Shown in pieces: positions 6,083-16,660 of a DNA stretch of 35,663 nucleotides (within the stretch, counting starts at the first letter, position 1; the number at the start of each line of letters is the position of its first letter). Under the pieces are notes generated by a model that worked only from the letters and a program-made list of their open reading frames with translations, was not told where the DNA came from and did no database searches. A program made the position numbers and the translations under genes. The stretch is from positions 1-35,663 of IMG/VR virus record IMGVR_UViG_3300048998_000032; one strand, given 5' to 3'. Source of the stretch: a virus. Taxonomy: Duplodnaviria > Caudoviricetes.

Positions 6083-7879
6083 ATGATCCAGGCGACTGAC
6101 CTGGGTGGTATCCCCGAAAGGGTGGCCGCCCTGCGTGCCCGCGATATGAAGCGGGACCAGAGAGTGGCTGAAGTCCAGGCTGTTCGTCGTGGTGACTTCG
6201 AGGCTATCGCCCCGGACCTCTTCTCTGACGAGTTCAAGCGACCCATCGTCGCTAACCTCATCGACACCGCAGCCCGAGACATGGCTGCCATGCTTGCCCC
6301 ACTGCCGAGCTTCAACTGCTCGGCTGCCAGTATGCTCAATGAGTCGGCCAAGAAGTTCGCGGACAAGCGGACGAAGATTGCTCGTGCCTACGTGGACGGG
6401 TCCGAACTCGAACTCCACATGCTCGTCGGTGCTGATCACTACAACACCTTCGGCATGATGCTGTTCAAGGTAGAGCCCGACTTTGAGGACGACGCTCCTC
6501 GGCTGAAGATCGTGTCCCCTGTCGGGGCCTATGTCGTCAATGACTCCAAGGGCCGCACTCAGATGGTGGCTCGGGTCTTCTACAGGGACTGGTTCAGCCT
6601 GGTGGCTGACTATCCCAACCTGAAGGGCCTTGAGAACCAGTACCCCGGTAACCTGGACAAGCTGTCCATTGAGGTCGTCGAGTACGTAGACGACAAAGAA
6701 TGCGTGATCTACCTGCCCAAGATGGGCAACGTAGTCCTTGAGCGCATGGTCAACAAGCTGGGCAAGTGCTATTACCAGGCTTCGTTCCGGCCGAACTTCG
6801 AGGACGCCCCTCGTGGGGCGTATGATGATGTGATCTGGGTGCAGCTAGCCCGTCACCGCATCCAGATGCTCCTGATGGAAGGGGTTGACAAAGCTGTCCG
6901 TGCCCCTCTGGTTGTCCCTAACGATGTTGATGATGTTGCCCTCGGTCCTGACGGCGTTATTCGGACTCAGAATGGCGCTGCGTCGGTCGGACGTGCTCGA
7001 CTTGACATGCCTGCCCAGGCGTTCAACGCTGTTGAGCAGCTCAAGTCCGAGCAGTGGCTCGGCTCCATGTCTTCTGAAGCACGATCCGGAATTACGGATG
7101 CGTCTGTAATCACCGGCCGTGGTATGCAGGAGCTTGCGGCTGGCTTCAACAGCCAGATCGCTGTGGGTCAGACGGTCATTAAAGCTGGACTCAAGAGGGC
7201 TATGGCCCTCGCGTTCAGTATTGATGAGGTGTTCTTCGGTGATCGAGAGAAGGAGATCCGTGGTAACGACTCCGGCGTCCCCTACTCGGTCAAGTACCGT
7301 GCCCGCAAGGACATCGACGGCGACCACTCGATCGACATCAGCTACGGCTTCGCCGCTGGTCTCGATCCGAACCGCGCCCTTGTGTTCCTTCTGCAAGCTG
7401 ATGGCGCTGGACTCGTGTCAAAGGACTACATCCGACGCGCTCTGCCCGTCGATCTGAATGCTGCCGAAGAAGAGAAGAAGATCTTCATCGAGCAGTCCCG
7501 CAACTCTATCATGCTCGCCTTCTCGGCTCTGTCTCAGAGCCTACCACAGATGGTTCAGATGGGTGGAGACCCCCTGGCTATCATCTCACAGCAGGCCAAG
7601 TTCATTGAGCTGCTGGGTAAGGGCAAGGATGTCGAGGTCGCAGCTCGTGAGGCGCTTACCCCGCCCGAGCCTTCGCCTGAAGCCGCAGCCCCGGCAGGAC
7701 CGGGTGCTCCCACAGATGGAGCTAGCGCGGCTGGTGGGGGCGACCTCGGCTTCGGTCTAGCGGGAGAGGGTCCTAACGGTCGTCCCGATCTGTCTCAGAT
7801 GTTTGCCGGTCTTGGGTCGGATGGCTCTCCCCAGCTTAGCGCTGGCGTCAGCCGGTACAACCCCGTCGCAGGACAGTAA
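6083..7879 (+). CDS. portal protein (podovirus-type head-tail connector)
   Basis: 598 aa immediately after terL; IVANLID...LAPLP N-terminus, helical body, P/A/G-rich tail. Confidence 0.85.
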   Translation: MIQATDLGGIPERVAALRARDMKRDQRVAEVQAVRRGDFEAIAPDLFSDEFKRPIVANLIDTAARDMAAMLAPLPSFNCSAASMLNESAKKFADKRTKIARAYVDGSELELHMLVGADHYNTFGMMLFKVEPDFEDDAPRLKIVSPVGAYVVNDSKGRTQMVARVFYRDWFSLVADYPNLKGLENQYPGNLDKLSIEVVEYVDDKECVIYLPKMGNVVLERMVNKLGKCYYQASFRPNFEDAPRGAYDDVIWVQLARHRIQMLLMEGVDKAVRAPLVVPNDVDDVALGPDGVIRTQNGAASVGRARLDMPAQAFNAVEQLKSEQWLGSMSSEARSGITDASVITGRGMQELAAGFNSQIAVGQTVIKAGLKRAMALAFSIDEVFFGDREKEIRGNDSGVPYSVKYRARKDIDGDHSIDISYGFAAGLDPNRALVFLLQADGAGLVSKDYIRRALPVDLNAAEEEKKIFIEQSRNSIMLAFSALSQSLPQMVQMGGDPLAIISQQAKFIELLGKGKDVEVAAREALTPPEPSPEAAAPAGPGAPTDGASAAGGGDLGFGLAGEGPNGRPDLSQMFAGLGSDGSPQLSAGVSRYNPVAGQ

Positions 7880-7888
7880 GGAGTAAGC

Positions 7889-8290
7889 ATGGCAAGATAC
7901 GTCTTCACACCAAGCTCCATTACCTCCACCGGCAGATTTCAGAACGTCACGTTCTGGGATCGTCAGGTGAGTGGTTCTCAGATCAGAGACCTGTACGCTA
8001 CTGATGGCTCGGACAACATCTCTGATCCGATCCCCAACGGGGTCGTCATCACGACCAATGCTATCGGTGGTATGCCGACCATCATCGGTCCCAATGAAGT
8101 CTCATCCATGTGGATGAGGGTTGGCGATAGCCCTTCTAGGGCTCGCGTCGATGCGGTTCGCCCCGTTGCTTCGTCCGAGCGTACAACCAAGCCCGCCGTC
8201 ACAGGCTCTCGGGCTGCTAATGCAGCCCTTGCCAGCCTGCTCACTGCACTTGCCAGTGCTGGCATCATCACTGATTCGACTAGCGCTTAG
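7889..8290 (+). CDS. putative virion fibre/decoration protein
   Basis: AAGGAG RBS; C-terminal VTGSRAANAALASLLTALASAGIITDST resembles the ends of actinophage fibre proteins. Confidence 0.6.
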   Translation: MARYVFTPSSITSTGRFQNVTFWDRQVSGSQIRDLYATDGSDNISDPIPNGVVITTNAIGGMPTIIGPNEVSSMWMRVGDSPSRARVDAVRPVASSERTTKPAVTGSRAANAALASLLTALASAGIITDSTSA

Positions 8291-8407
8291 TGGAACTAGG
8301 GCGCGTAGGCTGCCCAGATATTCATCGCAGCCAGCGTCCAGTCTACGGCATTACTCAATCGCCAGTCACCAGACTGGTGCAGCTTAGGCTGCTGACTTAG
8401 GAGTAAC

Positions 8408-8833
8408 ATGACTGACAATTCTAGCAACAGCGTCGTTCGGGCGTACGAGAAGCTTCACGAGAACATCCGGAACCTTCCGGCTGACGGCGTGAACTCTGCC
8501 CAGGTCTCTGGCCTGCGTGCGGATGCCGATGCTCTGAAGCAGGAGCTTGAGAACGACGGCCAGTTCGCGTTCAAGGAGCAGCGCTCCAACGGCTCTGCCG
8601 ACAAGGACGAGCCGATCGAGCACACCGAAGCGTATATGGACCGGTCGAATGACTGGCTTGGCTACGCTGCCGGTGGGCAGCTTACCCGTACCGAGAACGC
8701 GGACGAGGGCAACCTCGCCAAGCTCAAGGAGAAGGAAGCCAAGGACGCCGAGACCGACAAGCGTCTCGACTCTGCTGCTCGCGGTGAGCGCGACGAGGTT
8801 TCCAACTCCGCTGATCAGCGTAAGACTCGCTAA
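8408..8833 (+). CDS. acidic hydrophilic hypothetical protein, 141 aa
   Basis: AGGAG RBS; phage-typical codon usage. Confidence 0.8.
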   Translation: MTDNSSNSVVRAYEKLHENIRNLPADGVNSAQVSGLRADADALKQELENDGQFAFKEQRSNGSADKDEPIEHTEAYMDRSNDWLGYAAGGQLTRTENADEGNLAKLKEKEAKDAETDKRLDSAARGERDEVSNSADQRKTR

Positions 8834-8843
8834 GGACTAACTC

Positions 8844-9290
8844 ATGGCAGAACATGGTGGGTATCGCAAGCCCACGAACCCGGCTAAGACTTCGGGTCCG
8901 GGTAAGCTTGCCCGTCGAACTGACGGACAGCCTACCATGGATCTGACTGACGCCGCTTACGGTGAGAACAAAGAGTTCAGAGAACTCCAATCGGGCGCTA
9001 ACATGGCGACCGTTAATGGTGGGTCGGCCCCCTCGGCTTCGGGGGGGCTTGACCTGTCACAGTTTACCGGCCTTGGTGCGCCCTCCACACAGCCTGACAC
9101 ACCAGTGACCGATGGTGCCGAATATGGAGCAGGTGCTGGCGCTGAGGCTGTATCACCACAGACATCACCACAGATGGAAGATGCTCAGTATCTGAGCAAG
9201 TACCTACCGAATCTTATCCGGATTGCGGAGGACGACGACACCCCGCCCGGGACCAAGCGTTGGATCAGGGCTATCATCGCTAATAGTTAG
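8844..9290 (+). CDS. putative virion structural/internal protein, 148 aa
   Basis: AAGGA RBS; G/P-rich, GGYRKP..P...SGPG..ARRTDG N-terminus; lies in the virion operon. Confidence 0.7.
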   Translation: MAEHGGYRKPTNPAKTSGPGKLARRTDGQPTMDLTDAAYGENKEFRELQSGANMATVNGGSAPSASGGLDLSQFTGLGAPSTQPDTPVTDGAEYGAGAGAEAVSPQTSPQMEDAQYLSKYLPNLIRIAEDDDTPPGTKRWIRAIIANS

Positions 9291-9298
9291 GAGACGCT

Positions 9299-12200
9299 GT
9301 GGGCTGGACTGACAAAATCAGCCAGGCTTGGCACGCTTCTGGCGGAGCGATTGGTGCCACCTGGTCCTTCGTCAATGACAAGGACCCGCTTCAGGCCATC
9401 GGCCTGGATGGTGCCAGTGACGTAGCAAGCTCTGTTTCTCACGCAGCCCTGACGCCATTCAAGATGGCGGCTGAGGGCGCTGCTGGCGGCCTTGAGGATG
9501 CTGGACGCATCGTCGGTACCCCGTTCAAGTATGCAGGCCGTGGCATCTCCACCGGCCTTCAGGTGGCCGGACAGGCGCACGCTCAGGACAAGGGTCAGCT
9601 CCTGTTCTCGCAGGATGCCTGGGACCAGGCGTGGGACCGTAGCAAGAACGTGAGCCCCGGTCAGGCGTTCATGACGAACGCCGTCAGTGATCTGAACCAG
9701 GCACCGTTCGATGCTAGCGCAATCACTCAGGGCTTTCAGCCCAACCAGAATGACCTGTTCTCCGATGACCAGGCGCAGGATCGTCACGACTACTTCTACA
9801 GCACACCGGCTGGCCGGTTCTCCTCGGGGTCCATTGACCTCTGGCTGAACTTCGCCGCCGACCCCGTGGGTGCCGTTGGCGGCACAATCGCCAAGGTTTC
9901 TAAGGAGCGCAAGGCGCTCGCTACTGCCGAAGATATTGGCAAGACGGGCGGTGGCCTGCTTGACATCGCTGGCAAGCTTGGCGTCAAGGGGCCTGAGGCT
10001 CCCGATAGGACTCTCGTCATTGACGAGTCCCTGGGCTACAGCAACGGCAACACTAATGCCGAGCGCCGCGCTGGGCGGCAGCTCAGTGATCTCTATCACA
10101 AGACCGACAACCTCACCGCTGCTGAGATGAACAACCTTCCCCAGTTCCGCAACACTGCGGACTCGGGAATCCTGTCCTACTTCTTCGAGCGTGCTAACCA
10201 GATGCACCCCGACGACCAGGACCTGAGGCACGGCCTCAAGGCCGACATCATCGGTGTTGCCCTTGGCAACCAGGAGAGCGTTCAGCGTATCACAGACTTC
10301 GACACTGGTCTGGCCTCTGAACTTCAGAGGGCTGGTTCTACCATCCCCCCGAGCGAAGCGCTGAACAAGTTCACGTGGGACGATGGCGGCCGGGATATGC
10401 TCAACCACTTCAACCTGGTTGACAACGGCCCCGCTGCTCGCAACGAAGACACCATCAACAACCTTGAGCGTGAGCGCGCTCGGCTTGAGCGCCTGATGAA
10501 CCTGGACTCTGGCTACAACCAGACTGGCTCTAGCCTTCTTGAGAAGGCTGGCACCAACTTCAGGAACAACAAGCTCAACGAGACGATCATCCCGAACGGT
10601 GCGTTCGGTCGGCCCATCAGGGCCGTACTCGGCACCACGTCTACTCGGGTGCCTGGCTTCGTTCATGTCAAGGACACGAACCGTGGATACCAGGACGTTC
10701 AGTCCCTGGTGTCGAACATGCGGTACACGCCCGTGGCTACGAAGAAGGCCCTGCTCGCTCAGTTCGCCCAGTCGGCGAACGATGGTGAGCGACGCAACAT
10801 CGTTGACACCATCGAGAACCAGATGTTCTCTGATGCCGCTGTGCACTACGGCATGAAGCCTGAGGCTGCAAAGTCTATGCTGAGTGCTGTGGCTGACCGG
10901 CGTGGTGCATATATGGAGTCGCTGTCTACCAAGCTCTACTCTGCTGCTGAAGGTGACAACCTGATCAGCCATGTAGACCCCGAGGATGACATCGAGGATG
11001 TCTTCTCGAAGCCATTCCTTCAGACGCAGATCGAGTCAGCTCACGCCGTGACTGACCCAAGGGTTCTGCACAAGGCCCTGGCGTCCGGTACCAACCGGCG
11101 CCTGCTGGAAGCGTGGACCGAGGCTCGTGCAGCTAAGGCTGCTGGCACCAAGGTCCATGACATCACCGACTCTACCATGTCCTACCTGGACGACTTCGCC
11201 ACTATGGTGACTCGTCCCTGGAAAGACCTGATGCTGATGCGTGGGGCCTACCCTCTGCGTATCCAGGTCGATACTCAGATGCGCCTGATGGCGCACATGG
11301 GCCTGCTTCAGTACATGCTTGAAGCTGGTCACTCGTTCGCTGGACTTGGCAAGTACGCTCTGTCCGTCAAGGACGATACCATCAACAAGCAGATCAAGGC
11401 AGTCAGCGGAACCATCGGCCGTAAGGAAGAGGTCAACGGTTCCGAGATTACCCCTGGTCGTACTAACGATGAGATCGCTCGCGCCTGGGGCGCTGTGTCT
11501 TCCCATGGTGGCGTTATGGCAGACCTCGGAAACGATGTCCAGTCTCTCGTCGTCAAGGGCTACCGTGGCACTGGTAACTTCGGTCGCATCGACAAGAACG
11601 ACAAGCTGTGGTTCGGTCACTGGAAGCGTGCAGTCCAGCAGATTCAGGGATCGCCTACTGCGAAGCAGGCGCTCGAAACCCCGGATGTTGATGACCTGAA
11701 GCAGTGGCTCAGCGGCAACGCCGCTGGCCGTAGAGAGTTCCAGAACTTCGCTGCCGGGCGTTCGCCCGAGGAGTGGCTGGGTCTCGTCTCTGCTCATGCT
11801 AACACATACGTCCCGACGAACGACCTTCGACGCTATGTCCTGCGAGGCATGACCGATGACACGAAGGACGCTAGGAAGGCTCTCAAGGCTGATCTCAAAC
11901 CCCTGAGGCTTGATGCCATGGAGAAGCAGTCCAGGCGCCGAGAGGCGCTTCAGCGGTCTCGTGACAAGAAGGTCGAGGTTGACCAGGCGTATGATGAATG
12001 GAAGGCTGCACGGTCTGCTGTAGCTACTGCCAAGACCATGCCAGGCCGGGGCCGTAAGCCCCTCGCCAGGACGCTGGACGATGGTAGCACAGCTACTATG
12101 ACCGATGGCGAGTACAAGCGCTACAAGGTGCAGCAGGCCCAGGATCGTCTGGACACTGCGGCTACATCGGCCAAGCGGCTGAGGCTAGAGCACAAGGACC

Positions 12201-14266
12201 TTAAGGGCAAGCGGATCGTCGCTATCCAGAAGTCCAAGATTGCTAACGCCAAGGCCAGGAACGTAGCCGACCGCAAGCTTGAGCTTGAGAACGAACACAC
12301 TCAGGCCGTCGCCGATAACGACATCAGCCCCAATGAGATCACTTCGTGGTCTCATGCTCAGAAGTATTTCGAGTCGCCCATCGGGCAGGCCGACAAGATG
12401 GATGTTCATGGTGAATCCTACTCGCCGATTAACTCGGCTGGTGGTAAGATCCTACAGCAGCTCGGACAGAAGCGCAACGCCTTCTACCGCATCTTCGCCG
12501 ATATGCCCGAGACCGTCCTCGGACGGGCGCCCCTCTACTCGTTCACGTATAAGCGCTACATGCGCGATGCACTGGGCAAGATCGAGGGTGACGTTGTTGA
12601 CTCCGAACGGCTAGAGCGTATCCGCCTAGGTGCCCACAAGGCTGCAACTAAGGAGCTGTCGAACGTTCTGTTCGACACTTCCTCGGTATCCAACCTGTCC
12701 CACACGATGCGCCACCTCTCTCCGTTCTTCTCCGCGTGGGAAGACACGATGAAGAAGTGGGGCTCTATGATCGTCAAGGACCCGACGATCGGTACCACGC
12801 TGGCTAAGGCGTACTACGCCCCGAACAATGCCGGTATGGTCATCGACTCCGAGGGTAACCAGATCGACAAGTGGGGCAATCTGATCGACCCGGAGACCGG
12901 GAAGATCATGCCACGCCCGAAGGACTACGAGGGTAAGGGTGAGTATATCACCATCCCCGCGTCCTGGGTTCCTAATAAGATCGCCAGCGGATCGTTCACG
13001 ATCAACAAGTCATCTGCGAACATTCTGTTCCAGGGTGATCCGGCCTGGCTGCCCGGCACTGGACCTCTGGTCCAGGTTCCTACGAACTACATCAGCAAGA
13101 AGATGTTCCCCGACAAGGTGAGCACTGATCCGTTCCTCAAGTATGTGCTGCCTTACGGCAACCAGAGTCTTGGTGACACGGTTCTTCCGCAGTGGGTAAA
13201 GCAGGCGAGAAACGCCCTGGGTGATACTCAGGACCACGCCGCTACGTTCACGATGCTGATGGCGCAGGAGCAGACTAAGTTCGACAATGGTGATCGTAAG
13301 ACCAAGCCTACCACGGCAGAGATTGAGAAGGCGACCCGTAACTGGTTCATCCTTCGTTCTGCCATCGGGTTCGGTTCGCCAGTGTCTATGCTACCCCGCC
13401 CTGAGTACCAGCTCTACATCGACAAGGCTCACCAGTACAAGGCCAAGTACGGCCAGAACTGGACCGAGAAATACTACGAGGACTTCCCTCAGTATTTCAA
13501 GATGAGCGTCTCGCTCTCGACCAACGAGAGCGGTGTGACTGCGAGTCCTAGAGTGTACACAGCACTGAAGGACCCGAAGATCCGCGAGGCTATTTCGCAG
13601 GACCCCAGCTATGGCTGGTTCCTGCTTGGTCCGGACAACGCGGGAAGCTTTGACCAGAACGTCTACCAGTGGATGCAGGATAACGATGCTGCACCCGGTC
13701 AGAAGTTCTATGGGAAGAAGACTCCTGAGCAGGCTATTGCCGATTCCGATGAGCAGGTAGGCTGGGTTCAGTATAACAAGGGCATGGAGCTTCTAGACGA
13801 AGCGCTTCACAAGCGCGGACTCTACAGTTACCAGCTCAAGGGTGCCGAGGATCTCGCTGAGATCAAGAAGGGGTTCATCACTTCGATCGCAGACAAGAAC
13901 CGTTCATGGTTCTATGCCTACAGCCAGCGTAACGACTCCAAGGTACAGCAGCTATTCGATGTGGCCGAGAAGAACTGGAAAGCCAACCCGAAGCTAGCTC
14001 AGCGCAATGACCAGCAGGCCCTGAAGCAGTACATGCAGGGCCGCGAGCTGTTCTCTCAGGCGCTGAACCAGCGCGGGGTGACCAGCCTCGACAACCCGGC
14101 CAACCAAGACCTCGCTCAGATGTGGGGTCAGTTCATTGATGGACTCAAGAACAAGTCGCCGTCATTCGGCGTCATGTACTCTCGGGTCCTTGAAGGCGAT
14201 CAAATCAACAAGGCCGTGCTAAGTGGAGAAGGGGTGACCGCATCAGATGCCAGTACCGTACAGTGA
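9299..14266 (+). CDS. very large internal virion (ejection-like) protein, 1655 aa
   Basis: AGGAG RBS and GTG start; mostly helical; size and position fit podovirus ejection proteins; no catalytic motif recognised. Confidence 0.7.
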   Translation: MGWTDKISQAWHASGGAIGATWSFVNDKDPLQAIGLDGASDVASSVSHAALTPFKMAAEGAAGGLEDAGRIVGTPFKYAGRGISTGLQVAGQAHAQDKGQLLFSQDAWDQAWDRSKNVSPGQAFMTNAVSDLNQAPFDASAITQGFQPNQNDLFSDDQAQDRHDYFYSTPAGRFSSGSIDLWLNFAADPVGAVGGTIAKVSKERKALATAEDIGKTGGGLLDIAGKLGVKGPEAPDRTLVIDESLGYSNGNTNAERRAGRQLSDLYHKTDNLTAAEMNNLPQFRNTADSGILSYFFERANQMHPDDQDLRHGLKADIIGVALGNQESVQRITDFDTGLASELQRAGSTIPPSEALNKFTWDDGGRDMLNHFNLVDNGPAARNEDTINNLERERARLERLMNLDSGYNQTGSSLLEKAGTNFRNNKLNETIIPNGAFGRPIRAVLGTTSTRVPGFVHVKDTNRGYQDVQSLVSNMRYTPVATKKALLAQFAQSANDGERRNIVDTIENQMFSDAAVHYGMKPEAAKSMLSAVADRRGAYMESLSTKLYSAAEGDNLISHVDPEDDIEDVFSKPFLQTQIESAHAVTDPRVLHKALASGTNRRLLEAWTEARAAKAAGTKVHDITDSTMSYLDDFATMVTRPWKDLMLMRGAYPLRIQVDTQMRLMAHMGLLQYMLEAGHSFAGLGKYALSVKDDTINKQIKAVSGTIGRKEEVNGSEITPGRTNDEIARAWGAVSSHGGVMADLGNDVQSLVVKGYRGTGNFGRIDKNDKLWFGHWKRAVQQIQGSPTAKQALETPDVDDLKQWLSGNAAGRREFQNFAAGRSPEEWLGLVSAHANTYVPTNDLRRYVLRGMTDDTKDARKALKADLKPLRLDAMEKQSRRREALQRSRDKKVEVDQAYDEWKAARSAVATAKTMPGRGRKPLARTLDDGSTATMTDGEYKRYKVQQAQDRLDTAATSAKRLRLEHKDLKGKRIVAIQKSKIANAKARNVADRKLELENEHTQAVADNDISPNEITSWSHAQKYFESPIGQADKMDVHGESYSPINSAGGKILQQLGQKRNAFYRIFADMPETVLGRAPLYSFTYKRYMRDALGKIEGDVVDSERLERIRLGAHKAATKELSNVLFDTSSVSNLSHTMRHLSPFFSAWEDTMKKWGSMIVKDPTIGTTLAKAYYAPNNAGMVIDSEGNQIDKWGNLIDPETGKIMPRPKDYEGKGEYITIPASWVPNKIASGSFTINKSSANILFQGDPAWLPGTGPLVQVPTNYISKKMFPDKVSTDPFLKYVLPYGNQSLGDTVLPQWVKQARNALGDTQDHAATFTMLMAQEQTKFDNGDRKTKPTTAEIEKATRNWFILRSAIGFGSPVSMLPRPEYQLYIDKAHQYKAKYGQNWTEKYYEDFPQYFKMSVSLSTNESGVTASPRVYTALKDPKIREAISQDPSYGWFLLGPDNAGSFDQNVYQWMQDNDAAPGQKFYGKKTPEQAIADSDEQVGWVQYNKGMELLDEALHKRGLYSYQLKGAEDLAEIKKGFITSIADKNRSWFYAYSQRNDSKVQQLFDVAEKNWKANPKLAQRNDQQALKQYMQGRELFSQALNQRGVTSLDNPANQDLAQMWGQFIDGLKNKSPSFGVMYSRVLEGDQINKAVLSGEGVTASDASTVQ

Positions 14267-15149
14267 CGCAGGGCAAAAAGCTGGGACAACCTCAGATCCT
14301 AACAATCCACTTGCGGGCCTTGCGGCCCAGATTGCATCCAGTCAGGGTTCAGCTCAGACTGGTTACGACTCAGGTGGCCTAACTAATCCCCAGGTCTACT
14401 GGGGCAGGACACCGGCTCCGCAGGAGTTCAACTTCATCACGGGTAAGATGGAAGGTGGTGGGGTTCCTACCGTTGGTGGGGACCCCGTTACCAAGTCTTC
14501 CTATGAAGCTGCGTATGACATCTACGGATGGAGTGACGCAGAGAAGAAGGCTTGGGGCAATAGAGTCTATTCTCTTGGAATGACCAGCGATCCCTATGAC
14601 TGGGATGGTATGGTCAAGGCGTGGGGTTGGGCGGTCGATCAGGCCGCTGGCCTTCACGACGCCGGTAAGAACGTCACGCCCTGGGGCTTCGTCTCGATGT
14701 ACGAGAAGGAGCGAACCGACGCTGGGCTTGGGCTTAACCCAAGCACCGGCTACACCGGCCCTAGGACCCAGACTAACACGAATACTGCGGTGAATCTACC
14801 GTCCCAGTCCGATGCAGAAGCAGCGGTTACTCAGCTATTCCAGGAGCAGGTGGGCCGCAAGCCCACCGATAACGAGCTTGCTCGATACTCCTCCACCCTG
14901 ATCGGTGGGTACCGCGATCATCCGCAGACGACTACGACTACGACTACCAACACTCCCACGTCATTCGCCGGAGACGGCAGTGTCATTGATTCGGATACGA
15001 GCACTAGTAGCACGAGTACCGGAGCGTTCAATCCGAGTGGGATGCTTCAGAAGAAGGTCGAAGCCGACCCGGAGTACGGAGCCTACCAGGCTGCTACTAC
15101 TTACTTCAATGCTCTCATGCAGGTCATCGGAGCACCCGGAGGTAACTAA
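14247..15149 (+). CDS. putative internal virion protein, 300 aa
   Basis: overlaps the upstream stop; T/S-rich segments. Confidence 0.7.
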   Translation: MPVPYSDAGQKAGTTSDPNNPLAGLAAQIASSQGSAQTGYDSGGLTNPQVYWGRTPAPQEFNFITGKMEGGGVPTVGGDPVTKSSYEAAYDIYGWSDAEKKAWGNRVYSLGMTSDPYDWDGMVKAWGWAVDQAAGLHDAGKNVTPWGFVSMYEKERTDAGLGLNPSTGYTGPRTQTNTNTAVNLPSQSDAEAAVTQLFQEQVGRKPTDNELARYSSTLIGGYRDHPQTTTTTTTNTPTSFAGDGSVIDSDTSTSSTSTGAFNPSGMLQKKVEADPEYGAYQAATTYFNALMQVIGAPGGN

Positions 15150-15784
15150 TGACTCTACCCATGCCAGAGAGCCTGGGCGTTGACGCTTCAGGCGGCGTGG
15201 ACCTGGGGTCCAACAGCAACCTGGGGATGGATGCCCCGACTGAATCCAACGGACTTGAGCAAGCCAGCTACTCGGACTTCGGTTCGATGGCTGACAGCTT
15301 CAAGCCCTACGGCTTCACCGATATGATGAAAGACATCACCACCAACGCTTACGCTACTCAGCCTACCACCGCCACTGACGACGATGGCACTGAGTATCCG
15401 ACTGGCGCTGCTACTGGCAGCGCTTCTAGTCTGGTCAAGTATGCCGAGCAATTCCTCGGTACTCCGTACGTGTGGGGTGGGACGAGCCCGAACGGTTTCG
15501 ACTGCTCGGGCTTTGTCCAGTACGTGATGAAGAAGTTCGGTAAGAGCCTGCCGCGCATCAGCGCGGACCAGGCTCGATCCGGTAAGCAGATCGGCCTCAA
15601 CCAGCTAAAGCCCGGCGATCTAGTCGCTTGGGATAACAGCTCGCGGAACAACGGTGCCGATCACATCGGCATCTACATCGGCAACGGCCAGTACATTGCC
15701 GCACCCAAGCCCGGTGATCACGTTAAGATCAGCAGTCTCAAGGGCAACACGAAGGGCGCCTGGGGCGTCTCTATGGGATTTTAG
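15149..15784 (+). CDS. NlpC/P60 peptidoglycan endopeptidase domain protein (virion-associated)
   Basis: LGTPYVWGG, GFDCSGFV (catalytic Cys), LKPGDLV, HIGIYIG (catalytic His). Confidence 0.93.
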   Translation: MTLPMPESLGVDASGGVDLGSNSNLGMDAPTESNGLEQASYSDFGSMADSFKPYGFTDMMKDITTNAYATQPTTATDDDGTEYPTGAATGSASSLVKYAEQFLGTPYVWGGTSPNGFDCSGFVQYVMKKFGKSLPRISADQARSGKQIGLNQLKPGDLVAWDNSSRNNGADHIGIYIGNGQYIAAPKPGDHVKISSLKGNTKGAWGVSMGF

Positions 15785-15792
15785 GAGGATAG

Positions 15793-16653
15793 GTGCCGCT
15801 CACTAAGTCAGAGCTGGCCGAGCAGTACGGCTTCGCGCTTAGCTTCCTGAAGTCCGACAAGAGCCTGTGGAATCTTTTCCAGAAGGCGGTAGACAAGGGC
15901 TGGGAGCCCACGAAGTTCCAGGCGGAACTGAGGGACATCTCCTGGTACAAGAAGAACGGTGAAGCCGCTCGTAACTACGAGCTGCTCCGCACCACTGACC
16001 CTGCTAGTTTCAACGCCCAGCGCTCCGCTCTGCGTGCGCAGGTGCATGATGCTGCGTCTCAGATCGGTGCAACCATGAGCAGTAAGACGCTCATGAACAT
16101 CACACAGAACGCCATGAAGTTCGGCTGGAATGACGCGCAGATCAGGGACAACCTGAGCCAGTACGTCAAGATGAAGAACGGCGTGTTCGCTGGCGACACC
16201 GGCGAGGCTATGGACGCCGTGGTTAACACGGCCTACAAGAATGGCATCCGCCTCGACAAGACTACCCGAGCTAACTGGGCTAAGTCAATCGCTGCCGGTA
16301 ACAACACCGCCGACTTCTATCAGTCGCACGTTCGCCAGATGGCGAAGTCGCTGGCTCCTGGCTATGCAGACCAGCTTCAGGCTGGTATGGATCTACAGGA
16401 TATCATGTCCCCGTATATCCAGTCAAAAGCTCAGATCCTTGAGATGAACCCGGCCGACATTGACCTGTTCGACAAGGACATCCGTGGTGCCATGAGTGGC
16501 ACCGGGGCTGATGGTAAGCCAGCCAGCAAGAGTCTGTGGCAGTTCGAGCAGGATATGCGTAAGACTCCTGCGTGGCTCAAGACCAAGAACGCTCAGGATT
16601 CCACGATGTCCATTGCCAAGCAAGTCCTGACGGACTTCGGATTCAAGTCCTAG
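15793..16653 (+). CDS. putative internal virion protein, 286 aa
   Basis: AGGAGG RBS; helical; within the ejection-protein cluster. Confidence 0.7.
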   Translation: MPLTKSELAEQYGFALSFLKSDKSLWNLFQKAVDKGWEPTKFQAELRDISWYKKNGEAARNYELLRTTDPASFNAQRSALRAQVHDAASQIGATMSSKTLMNITQNAMKFGWNDAQIRDNLSQYVKMKNGVFAGDTGEAMDAVVNTAYKNGIRLDKTTRANWAKSIAAGNNTADFYQSHVRQMAKSLAPGYADQLQAGMDLQDIMSPYIQSKAQILEMNPADIDLFDKDIRGAMSGTGADGKPASKSLWQFEQDMRKTPAWLKTKNAQDSTMSIAKQVLTDFGFKS

Positions 16654-16660
16654 GAGAAGC

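Noticed and set aside
9287-10972. 561-aa minus-strand ORF, and similar long antisense ORFs (11036-11797, 18127-19098, 22370-23248, 25574-26434)
   Set aside because: Shadow frames of strongly codon-biased + strand genes; no RBS or recognisable motifs.
9299-14266. tape measure protein or virion RNA polymerase
   Set aside because: No tail tube or chaperone genes or TMP-type repeats; no polymerase catalytic motifs recognised by eye.
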